From assembly GCA_963727485.1 (NCBI GenBank), contig CAVSGM010000011.1, positions 256,001-320,000 on the forward strand: DNA of 64,000 bases, in the 5' to 3' direction. Positions within the stretch are counted from its first letter, which is position 1. Each line of letters begins with the position of its first letter. The notes under the pieces were generated by a model. It was not told where the DNA came from and made no database searches. It saw only the letters and a list, made by a program, of their open reading frames with translations. Shown piece after piece: positions 1-9,847 of the stretch. Origin of the DNA: an uncultured delta proteobacterium (lineage in GTDB: Bacteria > Myxococcota > Myxococcia > SLRQ01). Made by a program: the position numbers and the translations under genes.

Positions 1-1
1 G

Positions 2-718
2 AAGGTCCCCTTCACCGTCCACGCCTACGACCTCGATCCCACCGGCCGGGCCCGGCCCCGAGCCCTCCTCGACTGGATGCAGGAGGCCGCGGGGATCCAC
101 GCCGAGGCCCTGGGGGTCTCCATGGACCGGCTGGTCGACGCCGGGCTGGCCTGGGTCCTCACCCGGCTCTGGGTGCGGGTCGACGCCTGGCCCGGGCTCC
201 ACGAGGCGGTGGAGGTGGAGACCTGGCCCAGCGAGACCGGCCAGGCGATGGTCCGCCGGGACTTCGTGATCCGGGGGCGGGGCGGGGCGCGCATCGCCGC
301 GGCGGCGAGCCAGTGGGTGGTGATGCGCCTGGAGACGAGGCGCCTGGGGCGCCTCCCCGAGTTCATCCGTGCCGTCCCCGCGCAGGGCGAGCGCATGCTC
401 GGCGAGACCTTCCCCAAGCCCGAGGCCCCGGCGTCGCCGGTGACCGGGGCGCGGTTTCTCGCCCGGCGCGACGACCTCGACCGGGTGGGCCACGTGAACA
501 ACGCGGTCCTCGGGGCCTGGGTCGCCGAGAGCGCCCCCGAGGCGGTGACCCGGGGCCGCCGCCTCGAGGAGCTGCGCCTCACCTTCCGCCACGAGTGCGT
601 CGCCGGCGACGCCGTGCGCGCCGAGATCGAGGACACCGGCACCGAGGTCGTCCGCCACCGGCTGGTGCGCGAGGCGGACGGCGCCGAGCTGGTCCTCGCC
701 CGGACCCACTGGGTCTAG
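2..718 (+). CDS. Acyl-ACP thioesterase family protein (double hotdog fold), 5'-truncated by window edge
   Basis: Frame is open from base 2 (KVPFTVHAYDLDPTGRARP...WMQEAA); motifs WVLTRL, VETWPS and DLDRVGHVNN are typical of acyl-ACP thioesterases. Confidence 0.85.
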   Translation, partial: KVPFTVHAYDLDPTGRARPRALLDWMQEAAGIHAEALGVSMDRLVDAGLAWVLTRLWVRVDAWPGLHEAVEVETWPSETGQAMVRRDFVIRGRGGARIAAAASQWVVMRLETRRLGRLPEFIRAVPAQGERMLGETFPKPEAPASPVTGARFLARRDDLDRVGHVNNAVLGAWVAESAPEAVTRGRRLEELRLTFRHECVAGDAVRAEIEDTGTEVVRHRLVREADGAELVLARTHWV

Positions 719-722
719 GCGC

Positions 723-1889
723 CTACGCCGAGGTCGCCTCGGCGGTGGTCCCGTGGCGCTTGTAGGCCTCGGCGAGGGCCCGGGCCAGGGCCCCGGTGCC
801 GAAGAGCACCGCGATCACCGCCACCACCGGCCCCAGGAAGGGCACGGTGCCGACGAGGATCAACAGGGCCAGCCCCAGGAGCAGGGACAGGGCCGGGTGG
901 ACGGCGTGCCGGCCGAAGCGCTCGAGGATCCACCGGCCGAGGCCGGCGCCGGCCAGCACGTAGCCCACCCCCAGGGCCAGGACGTAGGCCCCGAAGAAGA
1001 GGGCGCCGACCCACCACCCGGCGATGAGCCACCCCAGGCCCCCGACCAGCAGGCCCACCGCCGGGACCCCCACGGCGAAGGCGACGCCGATGCCGAGATC
1101 CGCCCAGGGCTTCTCCGAGAGCTTGGTCAGCCCCTTGCGGCTGAACCAGGGGAAGAGGAGCACCAGGAGCAGGCCCAGGGTCAGGGCCCCGAGGAAGCGC
1201 CGGAGGCGCTGGAGGAGCACCCAGGCCGCGGGGGTCGCGCCCCCCTCGGCCGGGGTCGGGGCGGTGCGGACCACCGAGCCGCCGACCGTCGCCCCGGGAT
1301 CGCGCTCCACGCCGTTGGGGCTGGTGAAGCGCACGTCGCCCTTGACCTCCGAGCCGGCGCCCAGGGTGAGCTGCGCCACCCGGCCGGTGACGTTCCGGCC
1401 CACGGTGCCCATGAGGCTCACGTCCCCGGCGCCGAGGCGCAGGTCGCGGCCCACCGCCCCGTCGATGCGCGCCTGGCCGCCGCCCACCAGGACGTCGCCG
1501 GCGACGGTGGTGCCGGCGCGGACCACCAGGGCCCCGCCCCCGAAGAGGAGGTCCCGGCCCACGTTGCCCTGGAGCACCAGGTTGCCCCCGACGACCCGGA
1601 CCGTGCCGCCCACCGGGCCGCTGACGGTGACGTTGCCCCCGGCGACGAAGAGGTCCCGGGCGACCGGCCCGGTCACGTCGACCTGGCCCCCGAAGACCAC
1701 CAGGTCGCCGTCGACGGTGCCGTGGACCTCCGCCTGGCCCCCGAAGACGTAGAGGTCGTCGTGGATGGTCTCCCCGAGGGGGACGACCACCCGTCCGTCG
1801 CCCTTCACCGTGGCGGCGCGTGCCGACTGCGAGACGAGCGCGGCCAGGGCGATGGCCCCGGCCGCGAGGAAGCGTGTGAAGCGATCCAT
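723..1889 (-). CDS. Membrane protein with signal peptide, repeated VxGDxxVxGG (polymer-forming/beta-helix-like) region and C-terminal TM helices
   Basis: Start reassigned to ATG 1889 (MDRFTRFLAAGAIALAALVSQSARA) after a G-rich RBS; repeats such as GTVDGDLVVFGGQV and GNVGRDLLFGGG; hydrophobic C-terminal third. Confidence 0.7.
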   Translation of the reverse strand: MDRFTRFLAAGAIALAALVSQSARAATVKGDGRVVVPLGETIHDDLYVFGGQAEVHGTVDGDLVVFGGQVDVTGPVARDLFVAGGNVTVSGPVGGTVRVVGGNLVLQGNVGRDLLFGGGALVVRAGTTVAGDVLVGGGQARIDGAVGRDLRLGAGDVSLMGTVGRNVTGRVAQLTLGAGSEVKGDVRFTSPNGVERDPGATVGGSVVRTAPTPAEGGATPAAWVLLQRLRRFLGALTLGLLLVLLFPWFSRKGLTKLSEKPWADLGIGVAFAVGVPAVGLLVGGLGWLIAGWWVGALFFGAYVLALGVGYVLAGAGLGRWILERFGRHAVHPALSLLLGLALLILVGTVPFLGPVVAVIAVLFGTGALARALAEAYKRHGTTAEATSA

Positions 1890-1902
1890 GATTCCCCCCA
1901 GT

Positions 1903-2313
1903 TCACGGGCCGAGCCCCACCCAGGTGGACCCGTCCCGGAAGATCTCCCGCTTCCATATAGGGACGTCCGCCTTGAGACGCTCGATGGCGTGGCGACAGC
2001 CCTCGAAGGCCTCGGCCCGGTGGGCGCCGGCGACGGCGATGGCCACCGCCACCTCGCCGATGGCGAGCGTGCCCACCCGGTGGAGGATCGCGACCCGGGT
2101 GCCGGGCCACCGGGCGGTGATCTCGTCGCCAATCTCCCGGAGGACCTTCTCGGCCATGGGCCGGTAGGCCTCGTACTCCAGGCGCACCACGTCCTTGCCG
2201 TGGCTGTGGTCCCGGACCCGGCCGGTGAAGGTGACCACGCCCCCGAGGCCCGGGTCGGCGACCGCGGCGACCACCTCGTCCTCGGCCACCGGCCGCTCGA
2301 CCACCTGGAACAT
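1903..2313 (-). CDS. moaE: Molybdopterin synthase catalytic subunit
   Basis: GGVVTFTGRVR, LEYEAY, HRVGTL, HRAEAF and PIWKRE motifs; directly follows moaD. Confidence 0.93.
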   Translation of the reverse strand: MFQVVERPVAEDEVVAAVADPGLGGVVTFTGRVRDHSHGKDVVRLEYEAYRPMAEKVLREIGDEITARWPGTRVAILHRVGTLAIGEVAVAIAVAGAHRAEAFEGCRHAIERLKADVPIWKREIFRDGSTWVGLGP

Positions 2314-2562
2314 TCAGCCTCCGGAGACCGGGGGGATGAGGGCGACCTCGTCCCCGTCGGCGAGGGGGGCGTCGCCTCGGACGAAGGCCTCGTTGACCGC
2401 GAAGCGCAGGTGCCGGCGGAGGCCCCCGAGGGCCGGGTGGCGGGCGACGAGGGCGTCGCCGAGGGCGTGGACCGTGGCCCCGTCGTCGAGGGTGAGGCGC
2501 TCCTCGGAGGCGCCCCCGGCCCGGTCCCGGGCGGCGGCGAAGTAGAGGACCCGGATCTCCAT
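2314..2562 (-). CDS. moaD: Molybdopterin synthase sulfur carrier subunit
   Basis: 82 aa from ATG 2562: MEIRVLYFAAARD...AVNE...DGDEVALIPPVSGG, ending in di-glycine. Confidence 0.93.
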   Translation of the reverse strand: MEIRVLYFAAARDRAGGASEERLTLDDGATVHALGDALVARHPALGGLRRHLRFAVNEAFVRGDAPLADGDEVALIPPVSGG

Positions 2563-2634
2563 GCCGGGATGGTTGCACACCCCCGCTCGTTCCTGCAAAG
2601 ATGCCCGTTTCCCTTGGGAAACAAGGACCCGCCC

Positions 2635-4242
2635 ATGCCCCTGCCCAGACGCCTGCCTTTCGCCCTCGGCCTCGTGCTCCTGCTCTCCGCCTGCCCCTCG
2701 GGGTCCAAGGGTGGCGGCGGGGCCGACGCCGGCGGTCCACAGGGCAACGACGGGGGCCAGGTCCAGGGCGACGGCGGCGGGGGCGGCGGGGGCACCGACG
2801 GCGGGGTCACCGACGGCGGCAACGGGAGCTGCACCCCGGGCCTGGGGCAGTGCGGCGCCGGGAAGTACTGCGACGCCACCGGGGCCTGCGTCGCCGGGGG
2901 CCAATGCGACCCGGCCTACGGCAACAGCAACTGCAACTACCCCAGCGACGGCGCCGGCTGCGGCGGGGCCACCACCGAGGACTGCTACTGCGACCCGGGG
3001 GACAAGAGCTGCAAGCCGCGCCTCGCCCTCTGCCAGACGTGCATGAGCGACGCCCAGTGCGGGAGCAACCCCAACTACTTCACCGAGCCGCGGTCCTGCA
3101 CCTCCTTCAACGGCTCCAAGGTCTGCCTCACCCCGGCCGGCCAGCAGGCCTGCCCCCGGGGCTACCAGCCGGACACCACCGGCACCTGGTGCGTGCCCAA
3201 CTCCGGGGCCTGCGGCACCGCCACCGTGTGCAACTCCGACGCGGACTGCCCGGCGGCGACGCCCATCTGCAACAAGAGCTCGGGGACCTGCAAGGACGCC
3301 TGCGTCTTCGACCTGAAGACCGGCGACTCCTCGTGCCCCACCGGCCAGGTCTGCGACGAGGACGGCCACTGCCGGGCCCCCTGCGACCCGACGAACGACC
3401 AGTGCAGCAAGCTCGACCCCAGCTACGTGTGCAAGCAGGACACCGGCGGCGTCTACCGCTGCCGGATCTCCGGCTGCCTCGGCGACTCCGAGTGCCCGGT
3501 GGACCCGACCACCCCCTACGTCGCCTACTGTGATCTGAACGCCCACCAGTGCGTCAGCGACAGCTGCCGCAGCGACGCCGACTGCAAGAGCGGCAACGCC
3601 TGCAACACCACCAACAAGTGCGTGGCCATGACCTGCAAGCAGCGCGGGGGCACGGCGCTGTCCTGCGGCCTCAAGGAGTACTGCTGCGACGACCCCATCC
3701 CCTGCGACGGCTCCGAGACCCCGGCCACCGACGGGCTCCAGGGCTGCGTGATGGCGCCCAACCCGCCCTGGTGCCAGAGCTGCAGCCAGCGACACCGACT
3801 GCACCTTCCAGTCAGCCCCCACAAGGACGACCCCCGCGACAAGAACCTCTGCTTCAGCAGCAAGTGCGCCAACACCTGCGCCACCGCCGACGACTGCCCC
3901 CGGGGCTGGAGCTGCATGCCCATCGAGGCGGGCTGCGACCCGACCCAGCAGAACCAGTGCGGCACCGCCGGCCAGTGCGTCGACGACGGCCAGTTCGGGA
4001 AGGCCTGCACCCAGGCGAGCGACTGCGGGAGCGGGAGCAACGTCAGCTGCAAGCCGAACCCCAGCGACGGCAACAAGATGGAGTGCTACACGGCGATGAA
4101 CGTGTGCAGCTGCGCCGACGCCAGCGGCGCCCCCCAGGACGCCAACTGCCCCTCCGGCGACCGCTGCGCCCAGATCGGCGTCAACAAGTACCGGTGCGTC
4201 CAGAGCAAGGTCTGCATCGACAGCCCGGGCACCTGCAAGTAG
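2635..4242 (+). CDS. Cysteine-rich secreted lipoprotein (myxobacterial type)
   Basis: Lipobox LLLSAC after ATG 2635, Gly-rich DGG linker, then many CxSDxDC-type Cys repeats; strong GC3 bias in this frame. Confidence 0.8.
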   Translation: MPLPRRLPFALGLVLLLSACPSGSKGGGGADAGGPQGNDGGQVQGDGGGGGGGTDGGVTDGGNGSCTPGLGQCGAGKYCDATGACVAGGQCDPAYGNSNCNYPSDGAGCGGATTEDCYCDPGDKSCKPRLALCQTCMSDAQCGSNPNYFTEPRSCTSFNGSKVCLTPAGQQACPRGYQPDTTGTWCVPNSGACGTATVCNSDADCPAATPICNKSSGTCKDACVFDLKTGDSSCPTGQVCDEDGHCRAPCDPTNDQCSKLDPSYVCKQDTGGVYRCRISGCLGDSECPVDPTTPYVAYCDLNAHQCVSDSCRSDADCKSGNACNTTNKCVAMTCKQRGGTALSCGLKEYCCDDPIPCDGSETPATDGLQGCVMAPNPPWCQSCSQRHRLHLPVSPHKDDPRDKNLCFSSKCANTCATADDCPRGWSCMPIEAGCDPTQQNQCGTAGQCVDDGQFGKACTQASDCGSGSNVSCKPNPSDGNKMECYTAMNVCSCADASGAPQDANCPSGDRCAQIGVNKYRCVQSKVCIDSPGTCK

Positions 4243-4288
4243 GCCCGGTCACTTGCGGTAGGCACCTCGGGGCTTAGCACAAGGCGGC

Positions 4289-6091
4289 ATGACCACGGCC
4301 TCTGGCGCGGCGCCGGGCGAACGGCGGATCCGGGACTACTTCCGGCGCTACCGCGGCGCGTTCGCCGTGGGGTTCGTGTTCCTGGTGCTGACGAACCTCT
4401 TGGCGCTGTCCATCCCCTGGCTCCTCAAGGAGGCCATCGACGCCCTCTCCGGGGCGTCGGCCGGGGGCTACCACGCGGCCATCCGCTTCGCCGCCTTCAT
4501 GGGCGGGGCGGCGGTGGTGATGGCGGCCACGCGCATCACCTCGCGGATCCTGGTGTTCAACGCCGGGCGCCGGGTCGAGTACGACATGCGCTCCGAGCTC
4601 TTCGCCCACCTCTCGACCCTCTCGCCGGGGTTCTTCCAGCGGCGGTCGGTGGGCGACGTGATGAGCCGCGCGGTCAACGACCTGGGGCAGGTGCGGGCGC
4701 TGCTCGGCCCGGGGATCCTCAACCTCATCAACACCGGCGTCGCCTACGTGGTGGGCATCTCGCTGATGGTCGCCATCGACTGGCGCCTCACCCTCGCCGC
4801 GCTCATCCCCTACCCGCTGCTGATCTTCGCCGCCCGGCGCTTCGGGGGGCGCCTGTTCAAGAAGTCGCGGAAGGTGCAGGAGAGCCTCGGCGACCTGTCC
4901 ACCTACATCCAGGAGAACCTCGCCGGGCAGCAGGTGGTCAAGAGCTACGTCCGGGAGGCGTCGGCGGTGGCGGGCTTCGAGCGGGAGAACGACATCCTCC
5001 TCGGGCGGAGCCTCGACCTCGCCTTCACCCGGGGGCTGATGGTCCCGATCTTCGGCCTGGTCGGCGGGGTGGGGACCCTGGCGGTGCTCTGGTACGGCGG
5101 CGCCCAGGTGATCCGCGGGCACATCACCCTGGGGAGCCTCGTCGCCTTCAACGGCTACCTCGCCCACCTCGCCTGGCCCACCATCGCCCTGGGGTGGATG
5201 CTCTCCATGTGGCAGCGGGGGATGTCGGCGATGGCGCGCCTCAACGAGCTCTTCCGCGCCCGCCCCGACATCGAGGACCGGGAGGTCGACGACGTCGGCG
5301 AGCTCGCCGGACACCTCACGCTGAAGCACCTCACCTTCACCTACCCGGGCACCGACCACCCGGCCCTCGCCGACCTCGTCCTCGACGTCCCCGCCGGGAG
5401 CACGCTGGGCATCGTGGGGCTCACCGGGGCCGGCAAGTCGACCCTGGTCGACCTGCTGCCGCGCCTCAAGGTGGTCCCCGAGGGGCAGCTCTTCGTCGAC
5501 GGCCACGACGTGTGCCGGGTGCCCCTGGCCCAGCTCCGGAGCGCCATCGGCTACGCCCCCCAGGACCCGTTCCTCTTCTCGGCGACCATCGCCGACAACA
5601 TCGCCTTCGCCCGCCCCGACGCCTCCCGGGCCGAGATCGAGCGGGCGGCGAAGGTCGCCGCGGTCCATGACGACATCCTCGCCTTTCCCCACGGCTACGA
5701 GACCCTGGTGGGCGAGCGGGGCATCACGCTGTCCGGGGGCCAGCGGCAGCGGGTGGCGCTGGCCCGGGCGCTCCTCAAGGCGCCGAAGATCCTCATCCTC
5801 GACGACAGCCTCTCCTCGGTGGACGCCGACACCGAGGCCCGGATCCTCGAGGCCCTCCCCGAGGTCCTCGGAGGGCGCACCAGCATCGTGGTGAGCCACC
5901 GGATCGCCGCGGTGCAGGGGTCCGACCAGATCATCGTCCTCGACCACGGGCGCATCGTGCAGCGGGGCACCCACGCCGAGCTCACCGGTTCGGACGGGCT
6001 CTACGCGGACCTCTGGCGCCGGCAGCGCCTGGAGGCCGAGCTCGAGGGGACCGACGAGACCCCGGGCTTCCGGGAGGCCGCCGATGGCTAG
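4289..6091 (+). CDS. ABC exporter half-transporter (TMD+NBD), heterodimer subunit 1
   Basis: TM domain, Walker A GLTGAGKST, signature LSGGQRQR, non-canonical Walker B ILILDDSLS. Confidence 0.92.
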   Translation: MTTASGAAPGERRIRDYFRRYRGAFAVGFVFLVLTNLLALSIPWLLKEAIDALSGASAGGYHAAIRFAAFMGGAAVVMAATRITSRILVFNAGRRVEYDMRSELFAHLSTLSPGFFQRRSVGDVMSRAVNDLGQVRALLGPGILNLINTGVAYVVGISLMVAIDWRLTLAALIPYPLLIFAARRFGGRLFKKSRKVQESLGDLSTYIQENLAGQQVVKSYVREASAVAGFERENDILLGRSLDLAFTRGLMVPIFGLVGGVGTLAVLWYGGAQVIRGHITLGSLVAFNGYLAHLAWPTIALGWMLSMWQRGMSAMARLNELFRARPDIEDREVDDVGELAGHLTLKHLTFTYPGTDHPALADLVLDVPAGSTLGIVGLTGAGKSTLVDLLPRLKVVPEGQLFVDGHDVCRVPLAQLRSAIGYAPQDPFLFSATIADNIAFARPDASRAEIERAAKVAAVHDDILAFPHGYETLVGERGITLSGGQRQRVALARALLKAPKILILDDSLSSVDADTEARILEALPEVLGGRTSIVVSHRIAAVQGSDQIIVLDHGRIVQRGTHAELTGSDGLYADLWRRQRLEAELEGTDETPGFREAADG

Positions 6092-7985
6092 GGACGGGTC
6101 CACCGACGCGAAGGCCACCGACCCGAAGGCCACCAGCGAGGCCAAGGCCGCCCAGGTGCTCCAGGCCGAGGAGACCCTGGGCCGGGCCTACGACGCGAGG
6201 CTCATCCGCCGGCTCTGGGGCTACGTCCGGGGCTACAAGGGCTTCTTCTTCGGGGCGCTCGCCCTCATCCCCCTGGTGACCGCGGCGCAGCTCGCCCAGC
6301 CCTACCTCCTCAAGATCGCCATCGACCAGCACATCGCCGTCCACAAGCTGGCGGGGCTGACCACCGTGGCGCTGCTCTTCCTGGCGGCGCTGGGGGTGCA
6401 GCTGCTCGCCACCTTCGGGGAGATGTACCTGCTCCAGGCCCTGGGCGTGAAGTCGATGAACGACCTGCGCATCCACGTGTTCCGCCACGTGCAGGCGCTC
6501 CCCCAGCGCTACTTCGACCGGGTGCCGCTGGGCCGGGTGATGACCCGGATGACCAACGACATCGAGAACATCACCGAGATGTTCGCCAGCGGCGTGGTCA
6601 CCATGCTCGCCGACCTGGTGACCCTCACCGGGATCATGGCGGTGATGCTCTGGATCAACTGGCGCCTGGCCCTGGTGTCCCTCTCGGTGGTGCCGGTGCT
6701 CCTGGTGCTGGTCAACGTCTTCCGCCTCAAGAGCCGGGAGGCATTCCGTTCCACCCGCCTGCTCATCGCCCGGATCAACGCCTACCTCCAGGAGCACCTC
6801 TCCGGCATCCCGGTGGTCCAGGCCTTCGTCCGGGAGCGGCACAACTTCGAGGTCTTCGACGCGGTCAACGCCGAGTACCGCGACGCCTACTTCGTCGCCA
6901 TCCGCTACGACGCCATGCTCTACGCGGTGGTGGAGATGATCGGCTCGCTGGCGGTGGCCGGGATCGTCTGGTACGCCGGCGGCCGCATCGTCCAGGGGCT
7001 GATGACCTTCGGGACCCTGGTGGCCTTCATCGAGTACATCGACAAGTTCTTCATCCCCATCCGGGACCTGTCGTCCAAGTACACGGTGATGCAGTCGGCG
7101 ATGGCGAGCGCCGAGCGGGTGTTCACCCTCCTCGACCACCCGGCGGCCCCCGGGGCCCGGGGCGCGGAGGCGGGGGCGGACGCCGGCGCGGCCGCGGCCT
7201 CCGGCGACGCCATCCACTTCGGCGACGCCATCCGCTTCGAGGACGTCCACTTCGCCTACAAGGACGGCGAGCCGGTGCTCCACGGGGTGGACCTCACGGT
7301 GCGCCGGGGGGAGCGGGTGGCCCTGGTGGGCGCCACCGGCTCCGGGAAGAGCACCCTCATCCGGCTGCTCACCCGCCTCTACGAGCTCCCGGGCAATCCC
7401 GCCGCCGGGCGGATCACCGTCGACGGGACGGACCTCCGGGACCTCGATCCCAAGGCCCTGCGCCGGCTCTTCGCGGTGGTCCTCCAGGACCCGTTCCTCT
7501 TCCAGGGGACCATCGCCACCAACGTCACCCTCGACGACCCGACCCTCACCCGGGCCCAGGTCGAGGCGGCGGCGGCGCGGGTGCGCCTCGACCAGGTGGC
7601 CGCCGATCGCCCCGAGGGCCTCGATGCGCCGGTGGGCGAGCGCGGGGGCAACCTCTCCACCGGCGAGCGGCAGCTGGTGGCGTTTGCCCGGGCGCTGGTC
7701 CGGGACCCGCCGGTGCTGGTCCTCGACGAGGCCACCGCCAGCGTCGACTCGGAGACCGAGGCGCTGGTGCAGGAGGCGGTGGAGAAGCTCCTCGAGGGGC
7801 GCACCGCCATCGTCATCGCCCACCGCCTCTCGACCATCGAGCGGGTGGACCGGGTGGTGGTGATGCACCACGGCCGGGTGGTCGAGGAGGGGACCCACGC
7901 CGAGCTGCTGGCCCAGGGCGGGATCTACGCGCGCCTCTACCAGCTCCAGTACGCGGCGGTGGAAGGCGAGCGGCAGGCGGGGTAG
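6084..7985 (+). CDS. ABC exporter half-transporter (TMD+NBD), heterodimer subunit 2
   Basis: Walker A GATGSGKST, degenerate signature LSTGERQ, canonical Walker B LVLDEAT, IAHRLST; overlaps the upstream subunit. Confidence 0.92.
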   Translation: MARDGSTDAKATDPKATSEAKAAQVLQAEETLGRAYDARLIRRLWGYVRGYKGFFFGALALIPLVTAAQLAQPYLLKIAIDQHIAVHKLAGLTTVALLFLAALGVQLLATFGEMYLLQALGVKSMNDLRIHVFRHVQALPQRYFDRVPLGRVMTRMTNDIENITEMFASGVVTMLADLVTLTGIMAVMLWINWRLALVSLSVVPVLLVLVNVFRLKSREAFRSTRLLIARINAYLQEHLSGIPVVQAFVRERHNFEVFDAVNAEYRDAYFVAIRYDAMLYAVVEMIGSLAVAGIVWYAGGRIVQGLMTFGTLVAFIEYIDKFFIPIRDLSSKYTVMQSAMASAERVFTLLDHPAAPGARGAEAGADAGAAAASGDAIHFGDAIRFEDVHFAYKDGEPVLHGVDLTVRRGERVALVGATGSGKSTLIRLLTRLYELPGNPAAGRITVDGTDLRDLDPKALRRLFAVVLQDPFLFQGTIATNVTLDDPTLTRAQVEAAAARVRLDQVAADRPEGLDAPVGERGGNLSTGERQLVAFARALVRDPPVLVLDEATASVDSETEALVQEAVEKLLEGRTAIVIAHRLSTIERVDRVVVMHHGRVVEEGTHAELLAQGGIYARLYQLQYAAVEGERQAG

Positions 7986-7994
7986 AAGGCGGGC

Positions 7995-8420
7995 ATGGCG
8001 CTCCCGGTCGGTCCCGCTCCCACCGTCGACGTGGTCATCGAGGTCGACGGCCGCATCGTCCTCGTCCGCCGGAAGCACCCGCCGCTGGGCTGGGCGCTGC
8101 CCGGTGGCTTCGTGGACGTGGGCGAGACCGTCCCCCACGCGGCCGTCCGCGAGGCCCGGGAGGAGACGGGCCTCGAGGTCGAGCTCCAGGCCCTCCTCGG
8201 CGTCTACTCCAATCCGGCCCGGGATCCCCGGCGCCACACCATGAGCGTGGTCTACGTGGGCCGGGCCCAGGGGGCGCCCACCGGGGGCGACGACGCCGCC
8301 GAGGCGCGCCTCTTCGACCCCGACGACCCCGGGGTCGAGCTCTGCTTCGACCACGGGCAGATCCTCGCCGACTACCGCCGCTTCCGGGACACCGGCGACC
8401 GGCCCGAGGTGACCCGATGA
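7995..8420 (+). CDS. NUDIX hydrolase
   Basis: Nudix box GGFVDVGETVPHAAVREAREETG; RDPRRHT and FDH motifs. Confidence 0.92.
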   Translation: MALPVGPAPTVDVVIEVDGRIVLVRRKHPPLGWALPGGFVDVGETVPHAAVREAREETGLEVELQALLGVYSNPARDPRRHTMSVVYVGRAQGAPTGGDDAAEARLFDPDDPGVELCFDHGQILADYRRFRDTGDRPEVTR

Positions 8421-8962
8421 CCGAGGCCCTCGCGGCGCACCTCGAGGCGGTGCTCCACCACGCCCTCGGCCGCGGCGAGGCGCCGGCGCCCGTCGCCGGC
8501 GACGACGACGCGCCCGCCGGGGCCTTCGTGGCCCTCACCGTGGACGGGGTCCTGCGCGCGTTCGTGGGCTCGGTGGCACCCCGGGGCCCCTTCGTCGCCA
8601 CCGCCGCCGACGCCGTACGCCGGGCGGTCACCGAGGACCCGCGCTTCGAGCCCCCGGGCCAGGGCGACGCGGTGACCCTCACCGTGTACCGGGTGGGCCC
8701 GGCGCGCCCGGTGGCCGGCCCGGCCGACCTCGAGGCGGGCCGCGACGGGGTGGCGGTCCGCGAGGGCTTCCACCGGGCGGTGCACCTGCCCACGGGCGCC
8801 GATGCCGCCGAACCCGAGGTCCTCCTGGAGAGCGCCTGCATCGCCGCGGGCCTCCACCCCGAGGCCTGGTCGCGCCCGGAGGTCCAGGTGGAGGCCTTCG
8901 AGGTGACCCGGGTGGTGGGGCCGCCCCTCGCCTCCGACAGCGAAGCGACGGCGGGCGGTTGA
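8417..8962 (+). CDS. AMMECR1-domain protein (divergent)
   Basis: GAFVAL..DGVLRAFVG, EDPRF, GRDGV and C..AGL...AW match the AMMECR1 layout; ATGA overlap with the Nudix gene. Confidence 0.65.
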   Translation: MTEALAAHLEAVLHHALGRGEAPAPVAGDDDAPAGAFVALTVDGVLRAFVGSVAPRGPFVATAADAVRRAVTEDPRFEPPGQGDAVTLTVYRVGPARPVAGPADLEAGRDGVAVREGFHRAVHLPTGADAAEPEVLLESACIAAGLHPEAWSRPEVQVEAFEVTRVVGPPLASDSEATAGG

Positions 8963-9013
8963 CGCCCCGGGCCCCGCGGGCGGATGCTCTCGGACCTCGG
9001 GAGGTGTTGGCGC

Positions 9014-9805
9014 ATGGCAGGGACCTCGTCGCGGGGGCGGGGACACAGGCCGGTGGTGGAGAAGCGGGCGCGACCGGCCGCCGCCACGGCCGGGGACCGC
9101 CCCCAGGTCGAGGTCTGGAGCCGCATCCTCGCCCGGCGGATCCAGGGTCGCCTCGGCGAGCCGGTGGTCCTGGCGATCACCGACAACATCCACACCATGG
9201 TGAGCTACGCCCGCCGGGACGGTGAGGTGTCGCTGCGGCTCCACCACATGTTCCTCTCGGCGCCGCCGAAGGTGGTCGACGCCCTCACCGGCTACCTCGA
9301 CGGCGATCCGCGGGCCTCGCGCACCGTGGACGACTTCATCGAGGCCCACCGCTACCTGGTCCGCCGGGTCCCGCCCCGGGTGCGCCAGCGCCGGCTGCGC
9401 ATCGAGCCCCGGGGCCACCGCTACGACCTCCAGCGGATCTTCGACGACCTCAACCGCCGGTACTTCCGCGGCGAGGTGAAGGCCACGGTCACCTGGGCCA
9501 CCGCCCCGCGGATCCGGGGCCCCCGGGGGAGCATCAAGCTGGGGAGCTACTCCGAGGAGACGCGGATCATCCGCATCCACCCGGCCCTCGACCACCCGGT
9601 GGTGCCCCGGTACTTCGCCGAGTACGTGGTGTTCCACGAGATGCTCCACGTGGTCGAGGGCGCCCGCCCCGGGCTTGGCCGCCGCCAGGTCCACACCCCG
9701 GCGTTTCTCCGCCGGGAGCGCGCCTTCTCCCACCTCGCCCGGGCCCAGGCCTGGGAGCGCCGGCACCTCGACTGGCTCCTGGCCTGGCAGCCCCCGCCGA
9801 GGTGA
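9014..9805 (+). CDS. SprT/YgjP-like zinc metalloprotease domain protein
   Basis: LNRRYF, IKLGSY, IRIHPALD, YVVFHEMLH (HExxH), HTPAF; GGAGGT upstream of ATG 9014. Confidence 0.8.
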   Translation: MAGTSSRGRGHRPVVEKRARPAAATAGDRPQVEVWSRILARRIQGRLGEPVVLAITDNIHTMVSYARRDGEVSLRLHHMFLSAPPKVVDALTGYLDGDPRASRTVDDFIEAHRYLVRRVPPRVRQRRLRIEPRGHRYDLQRIFDDLNRRYFRGEVKATVTWATAPRIRGPRGSIKLGSYSEETRIIRIHPALDHPVVPRYFAEYVVFHEMLHVVEGARPGLGRRQVHTPAFLRRERAFSHLARAQAWERRHLDWLLAWQPPPR

Positions 9806-9847
9806 CCCCCTTTTCCCCGGCGGTCCCGCTCGGGTAGGATTCGGATC

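Noticed and set aside
723..2879. 718-aa ORF as one protein (likewise 1765-4242, 44804-47365, 60713-63787)
   Set aside because: The extensions are off-frame read-through over other real genes in stop-poor GC-rich DNA; starts or frames were reassigned
4289..7985. Inactive ABC transporter because of DD Walker B and LSTGE signature
   Set aside because: One degenerate site is normal for heterodimeric exporters
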